Shown one piece after another: positions 20,665-30,012 of a stretch of DNA of 55,909 nucleotides. The position numbers and the translations under genes were made by a program. How positions within the stretch are numbered: position 1 is the first letter of the stretch; the number at the start of each line of letters is the position of its first letter. The notes under the pieces are model-generated. The model saw only the letters and a list, made by a program, of their open reading frames with translations, did not search any database and was not told the origin of the DNA. Source of the stretch: a virus (lineage: Duplodnaviria; Caudoviricetes); the IMG/VR virus record IMGVR_UViG_3300030106_007522, positions 1 through 55,909 of that record; one strand, written 5' to 3'.

Positions 20665-21621
20665 CTAGTCTAATTTGTGAAACTTGCTCGCAAAGACTGG
20701 CTCGTTTATGGCTGGGGTTGTTTCTTCTCCCGCATCCATCAGACCAAGATCCACTGTCAAATCAGTTATTCTACCTTCGATAGAGCGGCAGTCGTTCTCG
20801 ACCTTGTTGAACAGGTCAAGGGATGTCTGCCCCATCTGTGCAACAACATTCGGATCAACCACGACAGCAGAGGCATAGAAGGGCGAGATGTCCACCTTTG
20901 TTGCAACACTTCGGTTGAACTCTTTTTGTGCTGTTTGAAATGAGTAAACAAGGTTCTTTAAATCGATAACAACATTCATGAAATCATTAAGAAATACAGC
21001 AAGGTCTGTTGCCTTGACCATTGATTGCACCATGTCGTCTTTTCCGGAGCCGAGCAGGTGGACACCAGAGTTGCCACCAGCATCGCCGTTAAAAGAGTTT
21101 TCAGGTTCTGGGGTTGTTACGAGACGAATTCCTCCTGCAGAATCGCGAGAGATAATGCGAACAGCATCCGCTTTTACCACCGCAGCTGAACGTGTCGTTG
21201 TGTTTCCTGGTAAATTAAAAATATTATCGACATCACACTTCTGGCTCAAATAAAGACGGGCTGAATCTCTCTGTAAATCACCGCCAGAGAACGGCTGCGA
21301 AGCTCCTTCAATCTCTTTTGTTTTTGCATTCGCGTCTCGTTGCAGCGATACACCCTTTTTACCTTTCTTGGTAATATTATCGATTCGACCAACAGAGATG
21401 TCAATTGCACCAGCATTGGTTTGTGATTCTTTGTGGTAGTCCTTACGAAGAGTGATAGAAGCATTATGTCTGTTCTCCCAAACCATCTCGTGACCCTTGG
21501 AATAAACCCTTGGTCCAACTTCAGATAAGTTTGGATTTATAATTCTTCTATGTGTATCCTCTTCTTCATCGCCCGTTTTTGGTGGAAGCAAGTTTGGATC
21601 TATCTTTGGTACTTCTGCCAT
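20665..21621 (-). CDS. Putative baseplate hub/spike-associated protein (gp5 C-terminal-like)
   Basis: 318 aa with beta-rich motifs AGAIDISVGR, DSARLYLSQKCDVD and AVVKADAVRIISR. Coupled to the M15 peptidase gene. The function is inferred from gene position. Confidence 0.45.
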   Translation of the reverse strand: MAEVPKIDPNLLPPKTGDEEEDTHRRIINPNLSEVGPRVYSKGHEMVWENRHNASITLRKDYHKESQTNAGAIDISVGRIDNITKKGKKGVSLQRDANAKTKEIEGASQPFSGGDLQRDSARLYLSQKCDVDNIFNLPGNTTTRSAAVVKADAVRIISRDSAGGIRLVTTPEPENSFNGDAGGNSGVHLLGSGKDDMVQSMVKATDLAVFLNDFMNVVIDLKNLVYSFQTAQKEFNRSVATKVDISPFYASAVVVDPNVVAQMGQTSLDLFNKVENDCRSIEGRITDLTVDLGLMDAGEETTPAINEPVFASKFHKLD

Positions 21622-22628
21622 TATGTGTTACCTGTTTCTTCGTTGGCATAAAAAGAGCTGAGTGCCTCTTCTGAACATTGTTGACTGCTCTGTTTTGGAC
21701 CATCGGTGTATTCGAAGTGAAAGTGCAAACCAGTGCCGTGGTCGATGCCGACTGGATATTTAAAGCCCAACTTCTTTGCTTCTCGCACAAGACGTTGACC
21801 CTCTTCATTAAGTTGTTTGCCTGCGGTGACGAAGTTGTTGACTCTGAAGTCTACCCCTTGTCCAGTGCTGTGCTTTGAATTAGTTGTTGAGCCAACCCTT
21901 GCTGCATCAGCGGCAGTTCTATAGGCAGATGATATAACAAGGTCAAAGCCTGCGTTTGCAAGTTCTTGAATTTTTGTTTTCATGTCGTCGGTCAAGCAGG
22001 CATAGTTTACATTATCGTTCATGAGCGAGACAGAGCCCTTGCCAGCGGCGATGGAGTTGACCGCCTTGCCGTTCTTGTTGAAGAATTTCTCTTGACCTGC
22101 CAATTTTGAAAAGTCTGGATCTAACTTTGACGGTGCCAAGCCTCTGCTTGCATTTAGTTTATGTTTTATTCCCGTTGCCGTGATCATGAACCTGTCAGAA
22201 AGCAAGCCGTTCTGGATTGGTGTAGCGAACACCTCGCTGCCATATCCAGGGATCTCTCCGATGGTTTCGTCTCTCTTGAAATATCCTATTTTTGTGGATG
22301 ACATCAACAGCTGTTTCCGCTGATACTCTCGCTCTGATTCTGGAAAGTCTGCTAAATAGTCTGCTTCTGCCTGTGTTCCTGGCATTGGGTAAATGAGAGT
22401 TCCAAGTTCGGAATTGCCGACGGACTCTTCAATATAAATTCTGTAAGTAACGACTCGGATGTTCTCACCGTCGATACTCAAGATCTCTTCTTTGGGTTGA
22501 TTTTTATCGTGAGGGCTTACAACAATTGCTTTGCGAGCAGCATTGGAAATGCTCTTGCCCTTAAATTCTGTTTTGGAGTCAATGCGGGATATCTCGCCGC
22601 TAAGAAGACCTCTGAACTCTTTGGGCAT
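21621..22628 (-). CDS. Protein with C-terminal peptidase M15-like (Zn, peptidoglycan) domain; probable virion-associated lysin
   Basis: 335 aa. ISSAYRT...SKHSTGQGVDF...GLHFHFEY matches the M15 pattern R, H-x6-D, H-x-H. Confidence 0.75.
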   Translation of the reverse strand: MPKEFRGLLSGEISRIDSKTEFKGKSISNAARKAIVVSPHDKNQPKEEILSIDGENIRVVTYRIYIEESVGNSELGTLIYPMPGTQAEADYLADFPESEREYQRKQLLMSSTKIGYFKRDETIGEIPGYGSEVFATPIQNGLLSDRFMITATGIKHKLNASRGLAPSKLDPDFSKLAGQEKFFNKNGKAVNSIAAGKGSVSLMNDNVNYACLTDDMKTKIQELANAGFDLVISSAYRTAADAARVGSTTNSKHSTGQGVDFRVNNFVTAGKQLNEEGQRLVREAKKLGFKYPVGIDHGTGLHFHFEYTDGPKQSSQQCSEEALSSFYANEETGNT

Positions 22629-22922
22629 CTATTCGCCTCCTTGAATAAGTTCAAAGAGATCATCTTTCTCTTCTTGACTTAACCCTTCTGGACCTTTGTT
22701 TGCTGCTGCTCTCTGGATGATACCTGCGACCTTAACAACCTGCTCGTTGGAACGTTGCAGGGTTTCAACATATTTCGCGGCAATGGCACCGGCTTCAACA
22801 TGTCTCTCGTTGGATACTGAGATGTAATCAATTAAGTCGTTTAACAACCTCTTTGTCACATCTCTGTCTTCCTCGACATTCTCTAAAACCTGTGTCAATT
22901 GTTCATCTAAGTTCTTTCTCAT
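22629..22922 (-). CDS. Hypothetical helical protein
   Basis: ATG at 22922 overlaps the sigma-factor stop (TAATG). 97 aa, coiled-coil character. Confidence 0.6.
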   Translation of the reverse strand: MRKNLDEQLTQVLENVEEDRDVTKRLLNDLIDYISVSNERHVEAGAIAAKYVETLQRSNEQVVKVAGIIQRAAANKGPEGLSQEEKDDLFELIQGGE

Positions 22923-23668
22923 TAAATCTCGCCCTCGTTCCACTTTTCCTTAAAGGAAGCATATCTTACTCTAAGTTTGTTGAGAGTGCTCACGACCTGT
23001 TTTGTGTTAAGACCGGTAATCTCTCTTATGTAAAAGTAAATAGCTTTTTTATTGAAAATTTCAATGGCGTCGGGCTCAGAGAGAAGAATCTTAATTGCAT
23101 CAATAACCTTCTTTTCATTTGGTTTTGTTGCAACTGATTCCCATTGTTTTATTTCTTTCCACAAAGAATTCCAGAACTCGCTGCTTTCTCGGACCTCAAA
23201 GTACTGGTTTGTTGTGGTCATTTGTTCCTGTTCCATCTCCTTGGGCATTTGATCATAGTAAACTTCCCTGCGGTTCTGCAGGGCTGTTCTCTTGACCTTG
23301 TGGATGAACCAGTTCTTTGTAATGACGGAATAATAGGAGAATGCTTTGGAGCCCTTGGATGGATCAAACTTATCCAAGATTGTGGTTAGCCACACCTTGC
23401 ATTCTGCTTTTAAGTCTTCGATGTTGGGGAGATTTGTAAACTTATATGTATAGACGGTCTTATCGACCAATTCATTCAATGCTGGATTGATGATATCCAC
23501 ATAAAGTTTTGTTTTCTCCTCTCGTGAGTCCGAGAGGGCATACTGAACAATGGCATCTTCATGTACCTTTGTAAAGTATTTCTTTCCTCCGCCGCGACTA
23601 ACTCTGCGGCGTTTCTTTTTCTTCTTGACCGTAGTCGTAGCCTGAGTCTGTTCTTGTTTCTTCGACAT
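22922..23668 (-). CDS. Phage RNA polymerase sigma factor, T4 gp55-like (late)
   Basis: 248 aa. Sigma region-2-like segment IEDLKAEC...LDKFDPSKGSKAFSYYSVITKNWFIHKVK, a KYFT N-terminal motif and a C-terminal HTH-like segment (YIREITGLNTKQV). Confidence 0.72.
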   Translation of the reverse strand: MSKKQEQTQATTTVKKKKKRRRVSRGGGKKYFTKVHEDAIVQYALSDSREEKTKLYVDIINPALNELVDKTVYTYKFTNLPNIEDLKAECKVWLTTILDKFDPSKGSKAFSYYSVITKNWFIHKVKRTALQNRREVYYDQMPKEMEQEQMTTTNQYFEVRESSEFWNSLWKEIKQWESVATKPNEKKVIDAIKILLSEPDAIEIFNKKAIYFYIREITGLNTKQVVSTLNKLRVRYASFKEKWNEGEI

Positions 23669-23948
23669 ATTGCTCGAATTCCCTTTCCGTCAGTGAAAAA
23701 GAATTTTCGCATTCAACAAGGTATGCAACAAGGTCTTCTGAGTGGTCGAGCAAAGACTGTAGTGTCTGGTCGCCGTAGAATGTCTCTAACTCATATACTC
23801 CTCGCAAGTGTTTCTTGTATCTCTCAATAGCATCCAACATGTCCGTTGTGTTTTGAGAAGCATATGCATATTTCCTCAGTAGTTTGTAACCATACCACAT
23901 AAGGAAAAAATTAAATATTGCAGATAAAAATAATATTATTTCAACCAT
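23598..23948 (-). CDS. Hypothetical protein with N-terminal membrane anchor
   Basis: 116 aa with hydrophobic residues 2-20. Overlaps both neighbours. Confidence 0.6.
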   Translation of the reverse strand: MVEIILFLSAIFNFFLMWYGYKLLRKYAYASQNTTDMLDAIERYKKHLRGVYELETFYGDQTLQSLLDHSEDLVAYLVECENSFSLTEREFEQYVEETRTDSGYDYGQEEKETPQS

Positions 23949-24201
23949 TGTATTCTTTCTTCTTCAAGGACTTCAATTCCTTTTTTAATTCTGAACGAGA
24001 ATCTTCTATGAAATCCTTTACTCTTTGTCCCGCTGAGGAGTTATCATTTATCTCCTTGCCGAGAGTAAAAGAAAAAGAAGGAACTCGTACTAATGAATCT
24101 ATTGTATCACATTCTGAGCAGTCTTTAAGCTTTTCTTGCATAGAATGTACAACTTCAGTAACGAGTTCGCAACTTTTGCATCTATAAATGTACTTAGGCA
24201 T
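23941..24201 (-). CDS. FmdB-family zinc-ribbon protein
   Basis: MPKYIYRCKSC...CSEC is the typical FmdB CxxC/CxxC ribbon. Confidence 0.8.
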   Translation of the reverse strand: MPKYIYRCKSCELVTEVVHSMQEKLKDCSECDTIDSLVRVPSFSFTLGKEINDNSSAGQRVKDFIEDSRSELKKELKSLKKKEYNG

Positions 24202-24391
24202 TGGTTTCCAGTACGTTCTTATTTAATTTGTCTTCATCAATATGAAGAGTTGGTGGGTTTGTAACTGAAAGACCTTCGTCAGTAGTCACAAATTCCAAGT
24301 CTTTTAATAAAGGAACAATATCTGTTTGCTCCATTAAACATTTTTGCAGGACCATCATGATGGACCCAAGTGCTTGATCAGTTAGTTTCAT
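24194..24391 (-). CDS. Hypothetical protein
   Basis: The start at 24391 (MKLTDQALG) follows AGGAG. 65 aa. Confidence 0.6.
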   Translation of the reverse strand: MKLTDQALGSIMMVLQKCLMEQTDIVPLLKDLEFVTTDEGLSVTNPPTLHIDEDKLNKNVLETNA

Positions 24392-24797
24392 TTTGTTCTC
24401 CTTGTGCATTTAAATATTCTACAACCAAATCATGAATTTTTTCATCAACATTTTTCTTCCAAGAGTCATCATTCTCAGAAATAGAATTCCTAATAGATGT
24501 AGCTGATATGAATCCGATGTCAGCAGGTGGCTGGTGTTCAATTGTTCCATATCCAACACCTCGCCCCCAATTGACACTTTCGATATCTGGAATAACCATT
24601 ACTTCAACATCTTGACCTTCGTAAACCTTGTTGATCATTTCTACTGTCTGTTCGGTAGTGAAAGGGTTCTTGTCGTCTGGTGGGATGTCTCTCACACAAA
24701 TCAAAATCGGTGTTCCTTCGTCCAGCTTCTGACTAATCAGCCACTTATGACCGTTGTGCATCGGTTGCCACCTCCCAATAAACATTGCTCTCTTCAT
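24378..24797 (-). CDS. Small HIGH-superfamily nucleotidyltransferase (cytidylyl/adenylyltransferase-like)
   Basis: 139 aa. FIGRWQPMHNGH (HxGH), NPF, GRGVGY and ISATSIR motifs. Directly downstream of the APS kinase. Confidence 0.8.
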   Translation of the reverse strand: MKRAMFIGRWQPMHNGHKWLISQKLDEGTPILICVRDIPPDDKNPFTTEQTVEMINKVYEGQDVEVMVIPDIESVNWGRGVGYGTIEHQPPADIGFISATSIRNSISENDDSWKKNVDEKIHDLVVEYLNAQGEQNETN

Positions 24798-24805
24798 GTT
24801 GTCTC

Positions 24806-25534
24806 CTATGTATTTTTTAAAATAAACTTTTCTAATTTAGTTGCAGACTCTTCCAGCGACTCCTTGCTGGTATCTATGGTAAGATCACAAACCAACGGAA
24901 CATCAAAAGGATCTGAAATTCCTGTGAAGTTGTTAATCTTTTCTGCATGACCATCTGGCAAGAGGGCTCGCCTGTATAAATCTTTTGGATCTCTCTGCTT
25001 CAAGGTTTCAATATCACACTTAACAAAGACCGTCTTTGTATGTTCCGACATGTCTCGCAACTCCTTGCGGACATCCTCATATGGATTAATTGCCGACATT
25101 ATTGTAATAACATTGTTTCGAGCCAAGACCTTGGCAACAAACCCGAGACGTCGAATGTTGGTGTTTCTGTCTTCCTTGGAAAAACCAAGGTCATTGCACA
25201 AGCCTTGACGGTATTCGTCACCATCGATCACTTCTACTCTGATTCCTCTTTTTTCTAGTCTTCTTTTGACCTCCTTGGCGATGGTAGATTTTCCAGCACC
25301 GCTAAGGCCAGTCATTTGAATAAACATTCCTTTTCTTTTTCCCCATGAAAACATATTCCAGATCCTTTCGTGTATATTAAACATTATAAATGTATAAAGC
25401 TGATATATTAAGGACAAAGTTACTGCCTTTTTAATCGAGCCCGTGGTTATCAATCCGCCAACAGCGAGAGATAGAAATGTAAAAATCTTCCAAGTAAAGG
25501 CTTTAGTTAAAGTTCTTTTTGATGTATCAGACAA
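24806..25534 (-). CDS. cysC: Adenylyl-sulfate (APS) kinase with N-terminal DUF2061-like membrane domain
   Basis: TGLSGAGKSTIA, IDGDEYRQGL, DLGFSKEDRNTNIRR, RDPKDLY, FTGISDPF. The N-terminus has TLTKAFTWK...HERIW. Likely TTG start at 25534 after GGAG (the ORF track uses 25564). Confidence 0.92.
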   Translation of the reverse strand: MSDTSKRTLTKAFTWKIFTFLSLAVGGLITTGSIKKAVTLSLIYQLYTFIMFNIHERIWNMFSWGKRKGMFIQMTGLSGAGKSTIAKEVKRRLEKRGIRVEVIDGDEYRQGLCNDLGFSKEDRNTNIRRLGFVAKVLARNNVITIMSAINPYEDVRKELRDMSEHTKTVFVKCDIETLKQRDPKDLYRRALLPDGHAEKINNFTGISDPFDVPLVCDLTIDTSKESLEESATKLEKFILKNT

Positions 25535-25551
25535 TCTTTTTCTCCAAACTG

Positions 25552-26124
25552 TTATAAATCCCAAACAAAGTCACGATACATCGCTTCTATGTCTTCTTTA
25601 TAAACCTTTATAATTCTTTCTTTTTCTTTTGGATTAAGTTCTCTATGTGTGCTCGTGTTTTTTTTAGGTATGGAGAGCTTTGTGTTTAAAAAAGATTCCA
25701 TCTCTTCTTTTGCGGTGTCGAGCTCCTCAAGTCGCCAAATTTTATCTATATTTAATTTTCCGTCTCGATAAACTTGATAGTGAGGGTGGGTGAACGGAAG
25801 TGCATGTCTTTTTATATATTCTTTTTGATTCGAGAACTTGTAATAAGAGATGGACGAGTCTTCAACCAAATCCATTATCTCAGTCAAAGATATGTGCTTT
25901 CTTCTAAGTTTTAACAACATGCCCTGCAAGCTTAAGAGGCGCGAGACTGGATGTCTTACAATTGAAAATTTATTGAGATGGTTCCATTTTTCTTCTTTAG
26001 CAAGACTGATCAACTTGTTGGCGGGTGGAATCCAGATACTTTTAACATTCTTAAATGCCTGTTTCATGGATGTTCCGCCGCACTTATTGACATGTATAAA
26101 TAAATATTTCTTCTCTGTTTTCAT
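25552..26124 (-). CDS. Sulfotransferase (Sulfotransfer_2 family)
   Basis: FIHVNKCGGTS (5'-PSB), FSIVRHPVSRLLS (3'-PB) and C-terminal YKEDIEAMY. Confidence 0.85.
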   Translation of the reverse strand: MKTEKKYLFIHVNKCGGTSMKQAFKNVKSIWIPPANKLISLAKEEKWNHLNKFSIVRHPVSRLLSLQGMLLKLRRKHISLTEIMDLVEDSSISYYKFSNQKEYIKRHALPFTHPHYQVYRDGKLNIDKIWRLEELDTAKEEMESFLNTKLSIPKKNTSTHRELNPKEKERIIKVYKEDIEAMYRDFVWDL

Positions 26125-26126
26125 GG

Positions 26127-26936
26127 CTAGAACCCCTCTAGTAGATATTTTAACACAGCTTCATTTTTTACTTCAGCAGGAAAAGAGTTTATAAATTTCC
26201 TCAAGTCAAAATCAGGCTTATGCATTCTACTTAGAAGGTTTTCTATTTTTTTGAAATCAAAATCGTTTCCTGAGAAGTGTTCTTCATACTCAAGTTCCCT
26301 GTTTGTTGATTGAAAATAATCTCTGAATTTAAAGAGCCTTCCGAACAATTTTGTCCCGAACTCCACGAATGCAGTCGGAACACCGTAAGCTTCGCCAACG
26401 ATCAACCCATGCAAAGACGAAGTAACTAGTTTTTCACAGGACAGAATCCCCTCAATAACATTCACATGACCAGAGCGAATGTCTATGAGATTAACATTGT
26501 CATCAGAACATGATGCGAATGTAGAAACCCTATTGAAGTCAACATAATGTGGCAAAATGCCAAACTCATACTTCTTACCATTTCCAAAAGATTCCTTATC
26601 GAACAAGAGGGGCAAAACAGCACCTGGATCTCCGTATATCTCTGGACAGTCTCCTCCTGCTTGGATGATTCTTCGCCTGGTCTGAGGTCCGCGTACGGCA
26701 TGGAATTTGTGATTTCTTATTTGGGAAGATCCCTGGTTGTTATCAATCGCCCCACTTCCCCAAAATTGCATTGGAGATGGAAAGTTTTGAAAAGCAATGG
26801 AACCTATTGAGCAAAGAGAGCCCTCTTCAGTGCTTTTGATGACTTCTTGTCCAGTTAGCATTTCTAATATAATCGGAGAAATATCGTCACCGAAATTTGG
26901 TACGGATGCTTTGTACCACCAAGCCTTCAACACCAT
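26127..26936 (-). CDS. Polysaccharide pyruvyl transferase family protein
   Basis: NFGDDIS, IGSI, WGSG, AVRGPQTR, GDPG, ILPHYVD, TSSLHGLIVGEAYGVP, FKFRDY. Confidence 0.88.
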   Translation of the reverse strand: MVLKAWWYKASVPNFGDDISPIILEMLTGQEVIKSTEEGSLCSIGSIAFQNFPSPMQFWGSGAIDNNQGSSQIRNHKFHAVRGPQTRRRIIQAGGDCPEIYGDPGAVLPLLFDKESFGNGKKYEFGILPHYVDFNRVSTFASCSDDNVNLIDIRSGHVNVIEGILSCEKLVTSSLHGLIVGEAYGVPTAFVEFGTKLFGRLFKFRDYFQSTNRELEYEEHFSGNDFDFKKIENLLSRMHKPDFDLRKFINSFPAEVKNEAVLKYLLEGF

Positions 26937-26938
26937 GA

Positions 26939-27553
26939 TTAACCCCCCTCTTTTTGGGCGATCACCCTCAATAGATAAGGATCTTCTGAACCATAAACGG
27001 ACAGACCTCTTGATTCAATGCTGTAAGATATATTAAAACCTAAGTCTAGAAGCTTGTTTTTTAAACCTTCAGGGTCAATATATCTCCTGAAGTGTCCATC
27101 GTGGGTCTTTCTGAGATCTTTGTCTTTTGTGGTGCGAGCCTCGATAAGCAAGATACCGTCAGCAGACAAGCTTTTGTATGCCCAGGATAAAAGTTTGTTT
27201 TCCCGCTCTTCATCAATTGAATGAAGAAAGAATCTACTGTAAACGATCTCATATGTGTCTTGCAGACTATCAATGTCGTCGATATCCATACAAATAGAAT
27301 TAATTTCTGGGTGGTTTTTTTGAAGTTCTTTTATTGTTTCCTTCGCATTGTCTATGCTCGTAACATTAAGACCACTGTTAAGAAAGTGAATCGAGTCGCG
27401 ACCATTACCGCACCCGAGTTCAATAAGTCTTTTTCTGTTATCAACCCACTGATGTGAAAAATTCGCAAAAGAAGAGCAAGAAAGATTCGTCTCCTTGTTC
27501 TCTTTATAAAATTTGTTCCAATATTCTCTGTCGTCCATGTGAGCCTCTATCAC
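26939..27553 (-). CDS. Class I SAM-dependent methyltransferase
   Basis: YWNKFY, IELGCGNGRDS (motif I) and YSRFFLHSI. Confidence 0.88.
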   Translation of the reverse strand: MIEAHMDDREYWNKFYKENKETNLSCSSFANFSHQWVDNRKRLIELGCGNGRDSIHFLNSGLNVTSIDNAKETIKELQKNHPEINSICMDIDDIDSLQDTYEIVYSRFFLHSIDEERENKLLSWAYKSLSADGILLIEARTTKDKDLRKTHDGHFRRYIDPEGLKNKLLDLGFNISYSIESRGLSVYGSEDPYLLRVIAQKEGG

Positions 27554-28131
27554 CTATTATATACCACAACAAATCTGTTATTAATGATTCTTTGAAAGTA
27601 ATCCGAACCTTTTGCCAGGGGCTCTCTAAATCGATTCCCGTAGATGTATCTACATAAAGACTCTGGATTTTTTGGTGTTTTTATCTTTTCTCCAAAAAAC
27701 TCAACTTCATGACAATCAAAAATCATATCTTTTGGAAAGATGATGAAAGTCTCTTTGTTATCTGGTCTGCCACAGACGTTCCACTTGTCAACGACAAATT
27801 TCTCGTGAACATCATGATAAAAATAAATGTCCAAAAGACAGATCTCAGACTCTCTAATCTTATAGTATTGAGAAAAGATCCCTGGGAATACAGGTTGTCC
27901 GTTCACTTCTTGAGAACTTCTAAATCCACTTTCCTTTAAAAGGGTATCCACATTTTCAAAATCAGAATCCTTGACAAAAAGGTCGACATCATCGTCGCCA
28001 TCTATCAAATCTCCGTCCCTATGCAGACCAAGTGCGGTTCCATAGAAGACACAATAATCTACACCACGGAGGGCATGTGCTGCCTCCAAAAGTGTTTGAC
28101 GATGAAGTTCTTTGCTAACCTTTTTCTTCAT
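27550..28131 (-). CDS. LicD/fukutin-family phosphotransferase
   Basis: YGTALGLHRDGDLIDGDDDVD, LDIYFY and C-terminal PKNPESLCRYIYG..F.EP. Confidence 0.82.
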   Translation of the reverse strand: MKKKVSKELHRQTLLEAAHALRGVDYCVFYGTALGLHRDGDLIDGDDDVDLFVKDSDFENVDTLLKESGFRSSQEVNGQPVFPGIFSQYYKIRESEICLLDIYFYHDVHEKFVVDKWNVCGRPDNKETFIIFPKDMIFDCHEVEFFGEKIKTPKNPESLCRYIYGNRFREPLAKGSDYFQRIINNRFVVVYNR

Positions 28132-28140
28132 TTTGTTTCC

Positions 28141-30012
28141 CTAGTAGCTAAACAATGACAAGTCAATATCAACATTTTGATAATTTCCGGCTTTGTGTAT
28201 CTTGTCGAAAAATACTTCTTCTTTCCTGAGCCTATCGGCATCATAAGAATCGAACCAACTCCCCGTAACTCGTCCGCTATAAATATCCTCAAAAAAGGTT
28301 GTCATCGTCCTTCGGAGCTCTTTAGCCTCTTCTGTTTTAGTGTTTATCGACACCAAACTGTTCTCTCGGACAGGGATAGTCAACACACCTTGACAATTCT
28401 TATCGGTCGGTCTTGCCCATTCGTGCTTGCCGTTAACGTGATCTTGTCGATATTGTGTTTTACTCTTCTTCATTACTCTCGGAACAGGAACATGCATCTT
28501 GCAAACATCTTCATCAAGAACTGGTATGCCGTACTGTACAGTATAAACAGACTTGTTTCTCAAGGATTTGAGAGAATCTTTTATCATCTGCAAATAACCT
28601 TTGCCAAAAACAAAATCAGCATCGTGCATAAAGACAATTTCTTCAGAACTTTCAGCCATAACATCATGCCTCAAATCTGCAAGTGTAAATTCCTTGGAGA
28701 AGTCCCTTTTTTCAGTTTTAAAATTAAGCTTAATTCCCGCATCTCTATATTGCTCCTGAAATGATTTTATTACACCAAGGGTGTTATCGGAGGAGCGATG
28801 ATTGATTATATACACCTCTGAAAGTATATCACTAAATTGCAAACAAGATTTTAAATATCTACCTATTGTCTCCTCTTCATTGTATGCAGGGCACACAAAG
28901 CTGAACTTCTCCTTGATCGAAAAGCTTGCTTTGTTGACGACAGATAGGTAATTCTTTGAGGCAATCTCTTTTGAGAAATTCTTCTCCCAGTCTTCTCTGC
29001 TGTTTTTATTCAAGACAGAAGAAATTGCATTCTTCAGTTCTTCTGGATTAAAATCTATTTTATCCAAAACAACACCACCGTGAAGGGGTCCCATGACACT
29101 TGGTACACCGCCGACGGGTGTTGAAACCCAAGGCAGACCTGCGCTCATTGCCTCAATGAGGACGAGAGGTAATCCCTCAGCAGTGGACGGTAAAACATAA
29201 ACATCGGATTTTAACAGAAGAGAGTCGATCAAAGAGTTGTTGTTTGTGCCCTTGATGAACTTAATGCTTTCCTGAAGATCGTTGTCTTCAACAAACTTTT
29301 TGCACTCCTTAAAGTACGGAACATCCCACGAATCTCTTGGGCTCCCAAGAAACACCAGGGAGTAGTCTTGCTTCATGCCTGCCTTGTGGAAGTTCTCTAT
29401 CAAATGAAGCTGGTTCTTTCTTTGTTCAAAAAGACCATGATTGAATATCACCTTTTTGTTTTTATCCAAACCCAATGTCGAATGAAGGTCGAACTCTTTC
29501 TTTTCTGTCTCTCGAACATCTCTGCTAAAGTTTGGAATAAAAACATATTCTATGTTGTTTTCTTCCAGAAACTTGTTCACAGGAGCATCTTTACAAAACG
29601 AAACAACAGTATCAAATGTTTTGATTCTTTCAACAATTTTCGAAACAATCTGCTTTGAATATCCCTGCTCTTCGTTCTTAACCCACTTGTAAACATTTTC
29701 ATCCAGATTGAGAACGAGTACCGAGTGATTGATTGCAGAAGTCTGGATCGTGTGTAAGCTCTGTGAACCTAAGTCCGCAAAGACAAAAACACTATCATAC
29801 CCACGGGACCAAAAGAGTGGTTTATTCAAGAAATCTAAATTTGGCATTTCAACAAAAGAATAATCAAAAGATTTTAAATCCCTGTTGGTATCGTGGGTTG
29901 TGATCACTTCGACATCGTTCCCTGCTTCTCGAAAGATGTCAACCACAGATTGGCAAAGCTTTTGAGTTCCCCCGATGGACGGGTAATAAAAATCACAAAC
30001 AACACCAATCAT
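28141..30012 (-). CDS. Bifunctional glycosyltransferase (GT-B/GT4-like fused to GT-A/GT2-like)
   Basis: N-terminal YYPSIGG...RKNQ...PSTAEGLPLVLIEAMSAGLP. C-terminal VCPAYNEEETI...SSDNT...HDAD. Confidence 0.88.
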   Translation of the reverse strand: MIGVVCDFYYPSIGGTQKLCQSVVDIFREAGNDVEVITTHDTNRDLKSFDYSFVEMPNLDFLNKPLFWSRGYDSVFVFADLGSQSLHTIQTSAINHSVLVLNLDENVYKWVKNEEQGYSKQIVSKIVERIKTFDTVVSFCKDAPVNKFLEENNIEYVFIPNFSRDVRETEKKEFDLHSTLGLDKNKKVIFNHGLFEQRKNQLHLIENFHKAGMKQDYSLVFLGSPRDSWDVPYFKECKKFVEDNDLQESIKFIKGTNNNSLIDSLLLKSDVYVLPSTAEGLPLVLIEAMSAGLPWVSTPVGGVPSVMGPLHGGVVLDKIDFNPEELKNAISSVLNKNSREDWEKNFSKEIASKNYLSVVNKASFSIKEKFSFVCPAYNEEETIGRYLKSCLQFSDILSEVYIINHRSSDNTLGVIKSFQEQYRDAGIKLNFKTEKRDFSKEFTLADLRHDVMAESSEEIVFMHDADFVFGKGYLQMIKDSLKSLRNKSVYTVQYGIPVLDEDVCKMHVPVPRVMKKSKTQYRQDHVNGKHEWARPTDKNCQGVLTIPVRENSLVSINTKTEEAKELRRTMTTFFEDIYSGRVTGSWFDSYDADRLRKEEVFFDKIHKAGNYQNVDIDLSLFSY

